A stretch of 64,000 nt of DNA from NCBI GenBank assembly GCA_965226375.1, contig CBDDCX010000008.1:1024001-1088000 (forward strand). The letters are read 5' to 3'. Shown here piece by piece: positions 10,406-21,087 of this stretch; within the stretch, counting starts at the first letter, position 1, and each line of letters starts with the position of its first letter. The position numbers and the translations under genes were made by a program. The DNA is from Longimicrobiales bacterium. Its GTDB lineage: Bacteria; Gemmatimonadota; Gemmatimonadetes; Longimicrobiales; Gaopeijiaceae. Below the pieces are notes generated by a model. The model was given only the letters and a program-made list of their open reading frames with translations. It made no database searches and was not told where the DNA came from.

Positions 10406-11427
10406 TGCAATACAGAGTACTCGGCCGAACCGGCATACGTGTGTCCGCATTGGCGCTGGGTACGGCGAATTTCGCCGACCCGACCCCCGAGGACGAAGCT
10501 AAGCAGATCCTGGAGGGCGCCATCGACGCCGGCATCAACCTGATCGACACCGGCGACAGTTACGGAAAGGGAGAGGCCGAACGGATCATCGGTCGGGCTC
10601 TGAAGGCCAGCGGGCTGCGCAAGGAAGTCCTGCTCACGACCAAGGTATTTCCACCGACCGGCCCCGGACCCAACGACCGAGGCAACTCGCGGCTGCACAT
10701 CATGCAGGCCTGCGAGGACTCGCTGGATCGGCTACAGACGGACTATATCGACCTCTATTTCATCCACCGATTCGATCCTGACACCCATCAGGAGGAAACG
10801 CTGGCCGCCTTGGACGATCTGGTCCGTTCCGGCAAGGTCCGGTATGTGGCCTGCTCCACGCACCCCGCCTGGCGCGTGATGGAGGCTCTGGCCATTAGCG
10901 ATCGTCGGGGCTACGCGCGTTATTGTTGCGAACAGCCTCCCTACAACCTGCTGGACAGGCGCATCGAGAACGAGCTGGTGCCGCTCTGCGTCGAGCACGG
11001 TCTGGGCGTCATGTCGTGGTCTCCCGTCGCCCAAGGCGTCCTCACCGGCCGCTACGCAAACGCCACGGACTTTCCCGAGGGTTCGAGGGCATCCTACCGA
11101 GGCGGGATCTACGCGGAACGGATTAACGAAGCCGGGATCGATGTGGGCAACCGGTTTATGGCTCTCGCGGAGGAGGCCGGGATCCCGCCGATCCAGCTCG
11201 CTGTTCTCTGGGTGAAGGATCAGCCGGGCATCACGGCACCGATCATCGGTCCCCGTACACTCAGCCATCTCAACGGTCTCCTGCCCGTGGGCGACATGCG
11301 CTTGAGCGACGACGTACGCCGGGCATGTGACGAGTTGGTCCCGCCGGGCGGCATGGTGGCGAATTTCCACAACTCGGCTGGATGGGGGGCGACGACTCGG
11401 ACGCTCGGGGTGGCGGACCGGGGGTAA
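10405..11427 (+). CDS. Aldo/keto reductase
   Basis: [34 protein letters not shown] motifs; ATG overlaps the dctP stop. Confidence 0.92.
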   Translation: MQYRVLGRTGIRVSALALGTANFADPTPEDEAKQILEGAIDAGINLIDTGDSYGKGEAERIIGRALKASGLRKEVLLTTKVFPPTGPGPNDRGNSRLHIMQACEDSLDRLQTDYIDLYFIHRFDPDTHQEETLAALDDLVRSGKVRYVACSTHPAWRVMEALAISDRRGYARYCCEQPPYNLLDRRIENELVPLCVEHGLGVMSWSPVAQGVLTGRYANATDFPEGSRASYRGGIYAERINEAGIDVGNRFMALAEEAGIPPIQLAVLWVKDQPGITAPIIGPRTLSHLNGLLPVGDMRLSDDVRRACDELVPPGGMVANFHNSAGWGATTRTLGVADRG

Positions 11428-11538
11428 CGCCCCACATGTGCCCCGTCCGCGAGCGTGTTGGAGCCCTATCCCGATGCTTGACACACTCCGGGGCCAACGC
11501 GAAGGTGCGGTCTCCACAACCCCTTTCGGAGTGATTCT

Positions 11539-12903
11539 GTGAATCGATCTACTGCGCTATTCGCTGTTTTCTTCACCACGGCCATCGGTCTTCCCATGTC
11601 GGCTTCCGCTCAGGAGCTGGCGAGCTCCTATCGTGATGATGCGAATCGACTCATCGATGCCGCGCTCGCGAACCACGACGCGTTCGAACGCCTCACCGAG
11701 CTGGTCGACAAGTTCGGCCACAGGGTCTCCGGATCAGTGGCGCTCGAGCAGGCCATCGATTGGATCATGGAGGAAATGACGGCCGACGGTCTCGACCGGG
11801 TAGCCGGCGACATGGTCATGGTTCCGCACTGGGTCCGAGGTGAGGAATCGCTGGAGATGATACTCCCGCGCCCGCTCGAGCTCCCGATGCTCGGACTCGG
11901 TGGTAGCATCGCCACGCCCCCGGGCGGGATCCGGGCCGAAGTGCTGGTGGTGAGCACCTTCGAAGAGTTGGAGGAGCGCGCCGGCGAAGCCCAAGGCAAG
12001 ATCGTGCTCTTCGACGCGCCCTTCACGGGGTACGGACAGACGGTCCAGTACCGGAGCCAGGGGGCCATCGTGGCTGCCCGAGCCGGGGCCGTCGCGAGCA
12101 TCATCCGCTCGATAACGCCTTATTCGCAGCAGACGCCGCATACCGGGAACATGGCCTACGCGGAGGACGTGCGACGCATCCCACAGGCGGCGATCACCGT
12201 GGAACACGCCGAGTTGCTGCACCGCTTGCAGGATCGCGGAGAGCGTATCGAGCTGCTCTTAAGGATGAACGCGCAAACGCTACCGGACGCCCCCTCGCGA
12301 AACGTCATGGCGGAGATCACGGGCTCGGAGTTCCCGAATGAGGTCGTCGTGCTCGGTGGCCACATCGATTCCTGGGACGTGGGGCAGGGCGCCATGGACG
12401 ACGCCGGCGGCGTGGTCGCCGCCTGGGAAGCCGTCCGGCTCATGAAGGAGTTGGGCCTGCGGCCTCGACGTACCGTTCGGGTGGTCGGGTGGACAAGCGA
12501 AGAGAATGGTGGCCCTGGTGGCCCGGAGTACGCCCGGATGCACGCGGACGAGGACCACGTGCTCGCTATGGAGTCCGACGGCGGGGTCTTCAAGCCGTCC
12601 GGCTTCGGCTTCACGGGCTCGGACACGGCGTTCGACATCATCACCGAAATCGGCACGTTGCTAGAGCGGACGGAGTCGGGACGCATATCGCGTGGCGGCG
12701 GCGGCGCGGACATCAGTCCGTTGATGCGTACCGGTGTGCCCGGCATGGGCTTGAGCGTGGACGGTACCCGTTACTTCTGGTATCACCATACCGACGCCGA
12801 CACGATCGACAAGCTCGACCCCGACGAGGTCGCGCTGGTGGTGGCGACGATGGCGGTCATGGCCTACGTAGTTGCGGATATGCCGGAGCGGCTGCCCCGT
12901 TAG
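11539..12903 (+). CDS. Secreted M28 carboxypeptidase Q-like peptidase
   Basis: GHIDSWDVGQGAMDD, SEENG, ESDGG, YFWYHHT.AD; signal peptide ending ASA-Q. Confidence 0.92.
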   Translation: MNRSTALFAVFFTTAIGLPMSASAQELASSYRDDANRLIDAALANHDAFERLTELVDKFGHRVSGSVALEQAIDWIMEEMTADGLDRVAGDMVMVPHWVRGEESLEMILPRPLELPMLGLGGSIATPPGGIRAEVLVVSTFEELEERAGEAQGKIVLFDAPFTGYGQTVQYRSQGAIVAARAGAVASIIRSITPYSQQTPHTGNMAYAEDVRRIPQAAITVEHAELLHRLQDRGERIELLLRMNAQTLPDAPSRNVMAEITGSEFPNEVVVLGGHIDSWDVGQGAMDDAGGVVAAWEAVRLMKELGLRPRRTVRVVGWTSEENGGPGGPEYARMHADEDHVLAMESDGGVFKPSGFGFTGSDTAFDIITEIGTLLERTESGRISRGGGGADISPLMRTGVPGMGLSVDGTRYFWYHHTDADTIDKLDPDEVALVVATMAVMAYVVADMPERLPR

Positions 12904-12946
12904 CTCTGCGCGCTTTGATTCAATTTGACTTGGTTCGAGGTAGAAG

Positions 12947-13369
12947 ATGGCATCGATAAGACTCGAGTTCGAAAAGGGGGGCACGTTCACCGCGAGGCTT
13001 CTGGAGGATGAGGCGCCCAAGACGTGTGCCACCATCAAGAGCCGCTTACCCTTCGAGTACCTGTTTCAGCAGAGCATCGTCTCCGGTCAGGTCATGGTGG
13101 CCATACCACCCGATTTGACGGTTGAGAGAGAAAACCAGCGGGTTGCCGGCATACCGCCGGGCGCCCTCAGCTTCCTGGTGGCGGACGAGCCCGTGTTGGT
13201 GCCCGACGAGATCTACATCGCCTACGGCATCTTCATCTCCCGGGGTCTCACGGTCGACGCGAAACAACCGGTCAATGTGTTCGCCCAGATCGACGATGGC
13301 CTCGAAGAGTTGAAGGAAATCGGGGCACGGATCATCCGGCACGGAGCGGAGATCGTCCGTTTCACATGA
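12947..13369 (+). CDS. DUF3830-like (cyclophilin-like fold) protein
   Basis: A.LLEDEAPKTC..I...LP and GAE.VRF pattern. Confidence 0.6.
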   Translation: MASIRLEFEKGGTFTARLLEDEAPKTCATIKSRLPFEYLFQQSIVSGQVMVAIPPDLTVERENQRVAGIPPGALSFLVADEPVLVPDEIYIAYGIFISRGLTVDAKQPVNVFAQIDDGLEELKEIGARIIRHGAEIVRFT

Positions 13370-13380
13370 ATCTGGCGCCG

Positions 13381-14609
13381 TCAGTTCCTCTTGGTCGAGT
13401 CCGGTAAGAGCTCGCGTAGGCTGTCTTCCAGCTTCATGTGCCAGGGGTCGGTGACGCTGTCCCGCTCGAAGTAGAGTATGAGCTCCTGCTCCTGGATCAG
13501 CGTATTCAGGAGGAGCTTCACCTTCACACGTGCCTTCACGCGTGCCCGCAGCTGGCTCGAGTCGATCTCGGCGAAGACGACCTCGTAGTCCATGATATCG
13601 AGGGCCTGGTCACTGTCGAGCTCCAGGGACCGTTCTGCGGCTGCCTTCGCCTTCGGGAGCACCTCGCCTGGCGAGGCACCGTGCCAATACATGGAAAGAA
13701 CGTACACGCTGGCCAGGGCACTGAACGCAGCCGCGAAAGACGGATCCATGAGTATCGCCTTCTCCAACTCCGCTATGGCGGGCTCGGCGTCGGCCCGCCG
13801 AAACGCCTCGCGGCCGCGCAGGTAGTGGTCGTAGGCAGCGACATTGTCCGTCGGATGTTGGCGGATCCGCTTGGCCACTTCGGACGTGAGTTCGGCCTTG
13901 AGCGCCGCCGCGATCATCTCGGCGATGTCACTTTGCACGGCGAAGATGTCTTCCAAGGTCCGGTCGTAGGTCTCGGCCCAGAGGTGGTTGTCGTTGCCCG
14001 CGTCGATCAGCTGGGCTGTGACACGTACCCGGCCCCTCGCCCGCCGAACGCTACCCTCCAACACGGTCCCCACCTCGAGCTCCCGAGCGATCTCGGGGAC
14101 CTGCTTGTTCGTGCCTTTGTAGCCCATCACGGATGTTCGCGAGGTGACCTGGAGATCCTTGATACGCGACAGATGGGTCAGGATGTCTTCGGTGATTCCA
14201 TCGCTGAAATACTCGTTCTCCGGATCACCGGAGAGGTTAGCGAACGGGAGAACGGCGATGGCCAGGGGAGAGAAGGTGCCAGAAGACGCGGCGCCGGAGG
14301 TATCCGGTGAACTTCCCTCGACCGAAGGGTCCTGGTGGGGTTCCTCACGAGGCGGTTCCTCGCGGGGCGGAGACGCGGTATCGACGGCGGCTGTTCGGAC
14401 CACGCCGGCCGAGGTCATATCGAATGTCCACGCCAAGACGACACCGATGACGAGGCCGACCCCCAACAACGCCAGGACCAGGCGGTCAGCCCAGTCCGGC
14501 ATCCCCATCATCGGGAAGGTCACGTCTACTACCTGGAGCACGACCCAGGCTGCCACGGCGTAGATCACCAGCAGGCGTATCACACGGCGTCGGCGGAGTT
14601 CCGCCCAAA
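13381..14609 (-). pseudogene. Membrane TolB-N-like/TPR protein; 5' end cut off by IS1595, C-terminus apparently chimeric
   Basis: WAELRRRRV+2 TM, IAVLPFANLSGDPENEYFSDGITEDIL, VLEGSVRR, AYDHYLRG; the original N-terminal about 19 codons lie at 15684-15735 beyond the IS. Confidence 0.75.
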
Positions 14610-15673
14610 GGGGGTATTCCCTTAAGTCCACCGACCCCAAGATATAGTGGTTACCGGGGCTCTGCGGGCCGTTTCCCACGTCCGGTGCCGAGGTAAAGGG
14701 CCGAAGCTGGCGTGGGAGCACACTGAACAGCCTGCTCAAGCAAGCGGTAGAACAACAGGCCGCGAGCCCGGGATGTGCGTCGGTTGAAGCGAAAGGTGAA
14801 CTCGTCCAGATAGTAGGGGAGGTGTTCGCGGGCGATCCCTCCTTGGAGGGTTCCGAGGACCCAGCGCTTGAGGAGAGACGCCACCCGATGTACGGCCGAC
14901 ATGAGCACGTGAGCGGGATCGCCGGAGGTCGAGAGGTTCGTGACCGTGTGGCGAAAGCCCAGTTTGGCGAGTCCCTGATAGCTTGGCCATCCGTCGGTAT
15001 GCACCGTGCTTGCCGGTGCGATGCTATCCTTGACGAAGCCTCGCAGAACCGGAGCGGAGAGGTCGGGCACCCAACGCAGCCGTATTCTCCCGATCTTGCG
15101 TCCGTCGACCTCGGCGGCGATCGCGACGATGGCCTTCTTGATCGTCTCGCGGCCCCGCACTCCAGCCTCCACGCCCCCGACATAGCTCTCGTCCACTTGC
15201 ACAACGCCGCTCAGCTGGTCGCGATCCGGTCGGACCATGGCCCGGCGGAGCTTGTGGAGCCAGACCCACGCTGTCTTGTAGCTTCCCAGTCCGAGCACGC
15301 GCTGGAGCCCGAGAGCATTGGCTCCGTATTTCTGACTCGTGAGCTCCCAGGCAGCGAGAAACCACAGACGCAGGGGCGAGCGCGTGCGGTGGAACACGGT
15401 TCCCGCCAGCACCGAGGTCTGCCTTCGACAGTGTGGGCAGACGAGACGCCCCCGCGATGCTCGCCAGACCTCTCCCAACCCGCCACAGCCCACGCACACA
15501 AACCCTTCCGGCCAGCGCAGACCCTCCACGTACTCCAGGCATGCCGCATCGTCGGGGAAGAACTCGTCCAACTCCAGCCGCGTACGGGGATAGTCACGCC
15601 GCCACGGAGCTGAGAAGCCGGAACCGCCATGACCACAACATGTAGTGGGCGGTGGACTTAAGGCAATACCCCA
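14610..15673 (-). mobile_element. IS1595-family insertion sequence
   Basis: Terminal IRs GGGGTATT(C/G)CCTTAAGTCCACCG (22/23 match); flanking direct repeat TCCGCCCAAA at 14600-14609 and 15674-15683 (TSD 8-10 bp depending on where ends are placed). Confidence 0.92.
14651..15630 (-). CDS. IS1595 transposase (Zn-ribbon + DDE), apparent 1-nt deletion near 15595
   Basis: RWPEGFVC..C, C..C, VQVDESYVGG, HTDGW, YLDEFTFRFNRR; ATG 15630 is out of frame with DYPRT by one base. Confidence 0.85.
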
Positions 15674-15749
15674 TCCGCCCAAAACCGGATTGGACCGGCT
15701 CGACCGTCGGCCAGGGACTTCTCGTTGACGGTGATGGTATGCTCCTTGA

Positions 15750-16769
15750 CTAGTCTCTCCCCGCAGCGTAGTCGGCTGGGTAGTAGGCCAGGTTCTCCGC
15801 CTGCATGGTACGTCGGTAATTGATCGCCACCGCATCGAACTTCAGGTGCAACTCGTCGGTCAGGTCGAAGGGCACCATCTCGGGGCGTTGTGACAAAATT
15901 ACCCGTTTGTCCTGGGAAAAAATCGTGTCTTCAAATTCCTTCACGAGGGTGTCCGGCTCGTCGAGGTCGTAATTGCGGGCCACGATGCAGTATCCTCGAC
16001 AGGCGTCGCGGGCGAGCGGTTGAGAAACGAACAGGTAGACCATACCCCTCTCGCCTCCCCAATCCAGCCGAAGATAGATGGTGTAAGGGCAGTGCAGCTC
16101 GTAGGTGCTCCGCCGCTCGGGGACGGCCTCCTCCTCGTTGGCAAAGATGGGGAAGTCCTCGCTGTTGGCCGCCTCGGGACGGACCACGCTGTAGTGCAGT
16201 ATGTGATCCTTCACTTCAACCGTGTGATCCGGCACCAAGGGTCGCTCGACGTCACCGAGCAATCCGGGATGAACCCAGGGGAAGTGGCCGAAGTCGGTGA
16301 AGTTCTCCACCTGGCGCGAGGCGTCGCATTCCCAGTCGTAGGGTCCGGTCTGGATGACCTGCCAGGCGTCGTCTTCCAAGGCCGGCACCTCGGGAAGCGT
16401 ATAGGTCGGTTCGGCCATGGCCACCCAGATCAGGCCGTACCGTTCCTGGCATTGATAGCTGTTCACCCGGGCCTTAGCCGGGATGTTGGTATTGTCGGTC
16501 TGCGGAATGAGGGTGCATGCACCGCCGGCGTCATAGCGCCAGCCGTGGTAGGGGCAGACGATGCAGTCGTCGGCTACGTGGCCCAGAGAAAGGGCAGTGC
16601 CGCGGTGAATGCAGAGATCCTTCATGGCGTGAGGGATGCCGTCTGATGTGCGCCAGATGACCAGAAGCTCTTCCAGGAGCCTGGTGGCGAAGGGGGACTT
16701 GGCGTCTACTTCCTCGCTGTACGCCACCGGGTGCCAGCAGTGAGACAGTCTAGCTGGAAGTCCCGTCAT
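15750..16769 (-). CDS. Rieske non-heme iron oxygenase (VanA/demethylase-like)
   Basis: DLCIHRG...CPYHGW Rieske motif; ENFTDFGHFPWVH mononuclear Fe motif; ATGA overlap with the upstream gene. Confidence 0.9.
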   Translation of the reverse strand: MTGLPARLSHCWHPVAYSEEVDAKSPFATRLLEELLVIWRTSDGIPHAMKDLCIHRGTALSLGHVADDCIVCPYHGWRYDAGGACTLIPQTDNTNIPAKARVNSYQCQERYGLIWVAMAEPTYTLPEVPALEDDAWQVIQTGPYDWECDASRQVENFTDFGHFPWVHPGLLGDVERPLVPDHTVEVKDHILHYSVVRPEAANSEDFPIFANEEEAVPERRSTYELHCPYTIYLRLDWGGERGMVYLFVSQPLARDACRGYCIVARNYDLDEPDTLVKEFEDTIFSQDKRVILSQRPEMVPFDLTDELHLKFDAVAINYRRTMQAENLAYYPADYAAGRD

Positions 16770-18031
16770 ATCGCCTTCAGCCCCTCCACCAACGCGTCCA
16801 GATCCGACAGTCGGGAGAACACATTGGGTGCGATCCGCGCGCCTTGTTCCACCGCCACCGTGAAAATCCGGTGTCGATCCCACAGGGCGTCGACCAGCTC
16901 GGCCGGCGTCATGCCGTCCACCAGCACGTTGGCGATGGCGACCGATTGATCGTTGCCCAACGGCGTATTGATGTGCACACCGGGTAGGTCGATCACACGC
17001 TCCACCCAATAGTTCTTGAGGTACCGGAGTCGCTCCTCCTTCCGCTCACCGCCGATGGCTTCGTGAAAGCGGATTGCGTCGACAATGGCCTGGTCGGTCC
17101 CCTGGGGATGTGTCCCGATATGGTGGAATTTCTCGATGTCGCCCTCCTGGGCACCTCGGTCACCGAACAGGGGCCATACCTTGGCGATGTGCTCCTTCCT
17201 CATCCACAGAAGGCCCGTGCCGAGCGGTGCGCCGAGCCACTTGTGGAGGCTGGTCCCGTAGTAGTCGCATCCGAGCTCGGGAATCGTGCGATTCACGTGG
17301 GCGAACGAGTGCGCACCATCGACGATGACCTCCACGCCCCTTATATGCGCCATGTCGCAGATCTCACGGATCGGCAGCACCTGGCCGGTCAGGAAGATCA
17401 TGTGCGAGGCAAGGATATAGCGTGTTCGGGGCGTGATGGCTGCAGAGTAGGCCTCCACGATCTCGTGCTGGGACTCCGGCAACCAGGGAAGTGCGATGAC
17501 TCGATTCACCGTTCCGAACCGCACGGCCCGCTGCTCGAGAGCCACCTGCATGCTGGGGTATTCCCGGTTGCTGTACAGAACCTCGTCACCGGCTTCGAGG
17601 GGGACGCCATGGATGACTGCGTTCAAGGCTTCGGTAGTGTTGCGGACCACGGTGAACTCTTCCGGATCGACATCGGCGAAGCGCCCGATGATACGCTTCA
17701 GCTCGGCACGCTCCTCGGCCATCCGGCGCCGCATGTAGAACGACGGGATGCGGTTGATCATCCTCAGGTTGTCCACCTGGGCGTCCACCACCGGGTCGGC
17801 CGCGGGGCTGAAATAGCCGCTTTCCAGGTTGATGAAGCTCGGATCCTGCGTGTAGGCCCGCTGGATGATTTCCCAGTATTCCTCGTCCCGAGCGGCAACT
17901 CGAGCAGGCCGGCTGTCGCCTTCGCCCGCTCGTAGGACGTCGCCCACCGCCCCGAGGCTGAGCCGTGGCGTGGCGAGTCCGCCCAGTGCCGCTCCCGCGG
18001 CCAACTGCACGAAGGAACGTCTGCTGGACAT
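16766..18031 (-). CDS. Tat-exported class V PLP aminotransferase (isopenicillin-N-epimerase/CsdA-like)
   Basis: MSSRRSFVQ Tat signal; RNTTEAL, VDGAHSF, SLHKWL motifs. Confidence 0.88.
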   Translation of the reverse strand: MSSRRSFVQLAAGAALGGLATPRLSLGAVGDVLRAGEGDSRPARVAARDEEYWEIIQRAYTQDPSFINLESGYFSPAADPVVDAQVDNLRMINRIPSFYMRRRMAEERAELKRIIGRFADVDPEEFTVVRNTTEALNAVIHGVPLEAGDEVLYSNREYPSMQVALEQRAVRFGTVNRVIALPWLPESQHEIVEAYSAAITPRTRYILASHMIFLTGQVLPIREICDMAHIRGVEVIVDGAHSFAHVNRTIPELGCDYYGTSLHKWLGAPLGTGLLWMRKEHIAKVWPLFGDRGAQEGDIEKFHHIGTHPQGTDQAIVDAIRFHEAIGGERKEERLRYLKNYWVERVIDLPGVHINTPLGNDQSVAIANVLVDGMTPAELVDALWDRHRIFTVAVEQGARIAPNVFSRLSDLDALVEGLKAI

Positions 18032-18301
18032 GAACTGCTCCCGGTTCGGTCTGGGCGGATGCGTCGGGCCCTGGCGGCTCCGGATCCAATCTGCCCTGGT
18101 CGGATGCCCGGGGACAGTGGGGCACTGCTTGACGATTCTGGGTGCCGCCCGACGGGTTACTCGGCGTCCGCCCCGGGTGTCGTCCGGTAACTCCACGCCA
18201 GCGGCATTCGGGTCGCTAGGCAGGCAGGCGCGGCGATCTCGGTGTACCCGCCGAGTGCGTGCACGCTGGTGCCCAGGCGAGGCTCCGCAGACACGCCGGT
18301 C

Positions 18302-19027
18302 TCAACCGCGGCCAAGGTCCGATCCCTCTAGGAGGGGTTGTTTCCTCCCGACCACGACGACCATCGGCCCCTGTCGCCACACACATCCGGTCACAAAGCC
18401 CGCGTCCGTCATCGCCGCGATTTCGTCGTCCAGCGGGAAGTATGTGTCCTCTTCGGCCCACTCCTCGAAGTGCCGCCAAGCATCTTGCTCCTCGATGCCG
18501 CTAACGACCATGTGATCGGCCCACTCGCGGTAGAGCGCGCGGCTCGCCGCGGACGCGGCAGGCATCATCGCATCCGCGTTGACGAAGGTCCCGCCGCTCC
18601 CGAGCGCTGCATAGACTCTGCCATAGAGCGCGCGCTTGCTCTCCAGCGTCGAAATGTGATGGAGCGCCAAAGACGCCACCACTGCGTCGCATTCTGGGAG
18701 TGGCTCCAAGAAAGACTGCTCACGGAATCGAGCCCGGCCGATGAAGGGCGCCAGGCGGGCGCGCGCTTTCTCCAGCATCTCCGGGTCCACGTCCAGCGAC
18801 TCCACGTGCCCGACACCGGTTCGCCGCAACAGAGCCTCCGAAAGTGCGCCCGTGCCGGCGCCGAGGTCCAAAACGAGTCCTGGCTGCATGGACGCAACCG
18901 CGTCTGCCGCCGCATCGAGCATCGCCTCGTAGCCGGGAATGAAGCGGCGGATCGCGTTGTCGTACGTGTCGATATCGACACGCAGATGATGGCGTACGCT
19001 ATGCGCCACGTCGAGCACCCGCTTCAC
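18302..19027 (-). CDS. Class I SAM-dependent methyltransferase
   Basis: VLDLGAGTG, SLALHH, GG.FVNAD motifs. Confidence 0.85.
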   Translation of the reverse strand: MKRVLDVAHSVRHHLRVDIDTYDNAIRRFIPGYEAMLDAAADAVASMQPGLVLDLGAGTGALSEALLRRTGVGHVESLDVDPEMLEKARARLAPFIGRARFREQSFLEPLPECDAVVASLALHHISTLESKRALYGRVYAALGSGGTFVNADAMMPAASAASRALYREWADHMVVSGIEEQDAWRHFEEWAEEDTYFPLDDEIAAMTDAGFVTGCVWRQGPMVVVVGRKQPLLEGSDLGRG

Positions 19028-19293
19028 GGGATGTAGGAAAACTCACGCTACAAGGGATATGTAAGAGATAGCGGTCACTTTCCGGTCGCGATCTTGTTGC
19101 ACAGTCAGATGTTGTTCGGCCTCCAGCGTTCGATGACTTTACAGCGAGCGACGCTGGGCGTTCCCGAAGAGGCGTTGCGAATAACGGTGAAGGGAACGGA
19201 GAAGACTCTGCACGGCTTTTGATCGGGCGGCCTCTCAGCAGGGCCGAGGCGTCGGCAGGGCCAAATCGGAGATAGCAGGGGAGGGGGCGTCAC

Positions 19294-20433
19294 GTGAGCC
19301 TAAAAAAGTCGAGACTGACCCCCCGCGTTTGCGCCCTTCTCCTATCCGCGGTCGCCCTGACCGCATGTGACGGCGGTAGTGACGGCACCTCGCCACCTCT
19401 TCAAACGGGCGATGACCCGCCGACGGTGGACGTGCCGAAAGAAGAGTTCTGCAGCATTCCCGAAGAGTTCATTTTTTCGGGCGGAGTGAGCAGAGATGGC
19501 ATCCTCTCTCTGGTCAATCCACCGCTCGGCACCGTCGACGCTCCCGAGATCGCTTACTTGAGGGACTCCGACCGCGTGATCGGGATGGAGGCAGGGGGCG
19601 AGTTCATCGCTGTGCCGCACAACATCGGGTGGGCGCACGAGATCGTGAATTTCGATGATTTCGGGATTCCGCTCGCCGTGTCGTACTGCCCTCTCACGGG
19701 GTCGAGCATGGTCTTCGACCGTAGGACCGTGCAAGGGTCCGATTTTGGCGTTTCGGGCCTGCTCTATGGCAACAACCTGATCATGTTCAACCGCCGCACC
19801 GATGGAGGGGAGGAGTCGCTCTTTCCGCAGATGTCGCGCGGAGCTCGGTGCGGCCCCCTGGACGGTGCGCCCCTGCCCATGTTTCCCTCGACCGAGATGC
19901 GCTGGGACGCCTGGAGGGAGCTACACCCCGAGACCCTGGTCGTCTCCGGCGAGCTCGGCTTCGGACGTGATTACCGGTTGTATCCGTATGGCGACTACGA
20001 GGATATCAACAACCCCGAGACTCTGTTTCTGAACGAGGAAATAGACCCCCGGCGCCCCCCGAAGGAGCGTCTCCTCGGCATTCCACGTGACGACGGCTTC
20101 GGAATGGCCTTCCCGTTCACGCTTCTGGAAGCCATGGGCAACAAGGCCGTGGTTCACGACGACGTTCAGGGCACTCGATCGGTCGTCGTGTTCTGGTCTA
20201 CCGAGGGTCAATCCGCCGTGGCGTTCAAGCCCACGGTAAATGGTCAGGCCCTCACGTTCGAGGTCCGTGACGACAAGTTCTCAGACGTGGAGACCGGGAC
20301 CGAGTGGACGATGGCGGGAAGGGCAGTCTCGGGGCCACTCGCTGGCTCGGTGCTTGAGCCCATTCACGACGCATACGTAGCGTTCTGGTTCGCCTGGGCG
20401 ACGTTCCATCCCAATACGGGGCTCCTGGAGTAG
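19294..20433 (+). CDS. DUF3179-domain lipoprotein
   Basis: Lipobox LTAC; HEIVN, SYCPLTGS, FGVSGLLY.NNL, FWFAW..FHP. Confidence 0.85.
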   Translation: MSLKKSRLTPRVCALLLSAVALTACDGGSDGTSPPLQTGDDPPTVDVPKEEFCSIPEEFIFSGGVSRDGILSLVNPPLGTVDAPEIAYLRDSDRVIGMEAGGEFIAVPHNIGWAHEIVNFDDFGIPLAVSYCPLTGSSMVFDRRTVQGSDFGVSGLLYGNNLIMFNRRTDGGEESLFPQMSRGARCGPLDGAPLPMFPSTEMRWDAWRELHPETLVVSGELGFGRDYRLYPYGDYEDINNPETLFLNEEIDPRRPPKERLLGIPRDDGFGMAFPFTLLEAMGNKAVVHDDVQGTRSVVVFWSTEGQSAVAFKPTVNGQALTFEVRDDKFSDVETGTEWTMAGRAVSGPLAGSVLEPIHDAYVAFWFAWATFHPNTGLLE

Positions 20434-20525
20434 GCGATTCCAGGAATCGCCGTTCGCGGGCGACCGAAGACTACGAGCTGATCAAGGGATTCTAGGCATC
20501 TAAATGGTCTTCGCATCGGGCATGA

Positions 20526-20557
20526 TACTTGACATGCACAATATAAGCTAGCAGACT
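20526..20557 (+). promoter_or_regulatory. Probable sigma70 promoter overlapped by a MarR-type operator
   Basis: TTGACA (20529-34)-17 nt-CAGACT; operator-like TACTTGACATGCACAATA. Confidence 0.55.
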
Positions 20558-20591
20558 ATATTCGTGCGAAGACTCATTCCAATCACGACAC

Positions 20592-21017
20592 ATGCCTCTT
20601 TCAGCCCATCAACAAGCGATCGTCTCGGTGATGCAGGCCGCAGGCCGCATGCGTAGGCAGTTCGGGGGTGTCCTGAGTGAGGAGAGGATTGGGTCCTCAC
20701 AGTACAACATTCTCCGCATTTTGCGCGGAGCAGGGGAGCCGCTCCCCGTCATGACGATTCGGGAACGCATGTTGGATCCCGAGCCCTCGATCACACGGCT
20801 CATCGATCGACTTGTCGTTCGTGGTCTGGTGGAGCGCGAGCCATGTGCGGATGACCGTCGGCGTATCGACTGCACGATCACCGCTACGGGCCTCGCACTC
20901 ATCAGTAGGCTGGATGAACCTGTCGATGTCCGTGATCGGCAGCTTACGGCGCGCCTCACGAAAAAGGAGCTGAACACGCTCTCGGCTTTGTTGGATCGAC
21001 TCGGAGACCCGGAGTAG
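20592..21017 (+). CDS. MarR family transcriptional regulator
   Basis: QYNILRILRGA, ITRLIDRL...GLVER, DRR...ITATG. Confidence 0.92.
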   Translation: MPLSAHQQAIVSVMQAAGRMRRQFGGVLSEERIGSSQYNILRILRGAGEPLPVMTIRERMLDPEPSITRLIDRLVVRGLVEREPCADDRRRIDCTITATGLALISRLDEPVDVRDRQLTARLTKKELNTLSALLDRLGDPE

Positions 21018-21040
21018 GCCGGTCCTTCTATTTCATCACA

Positions 21041-21058
21041 TACTTCGCATGCAAACTA
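21041..21058. promoter_or_regulatory. Second MarR-type operator upstream of the NmrA-like gene
   Basis: TACTTCGCATGCAAACTA, near-palindromic and similar to the box at 20526. Confidence 0.55.
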
Positions 21059-21087
21059 TGGGCAAGCACAGCAAAAGGTGAAACATC

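Noticed and set aside
13381..15204. 607-aa ORF as one real protein
   Set aside because: The first about 200 aa are an alternative frame of IS1595; only the part after the IS end is protein-like.
19294..20433. Selenoprotein possibility for DUF3179
   Set aside because: The motif reads YCPLT with an ordinary Cys codon; no in-frame TGA.
20433..20451. Hairpin GGCGATTC-CAG-GAATCGCC as a terminator or REP
   Set aside because: No U-tract and no other copies noticed.
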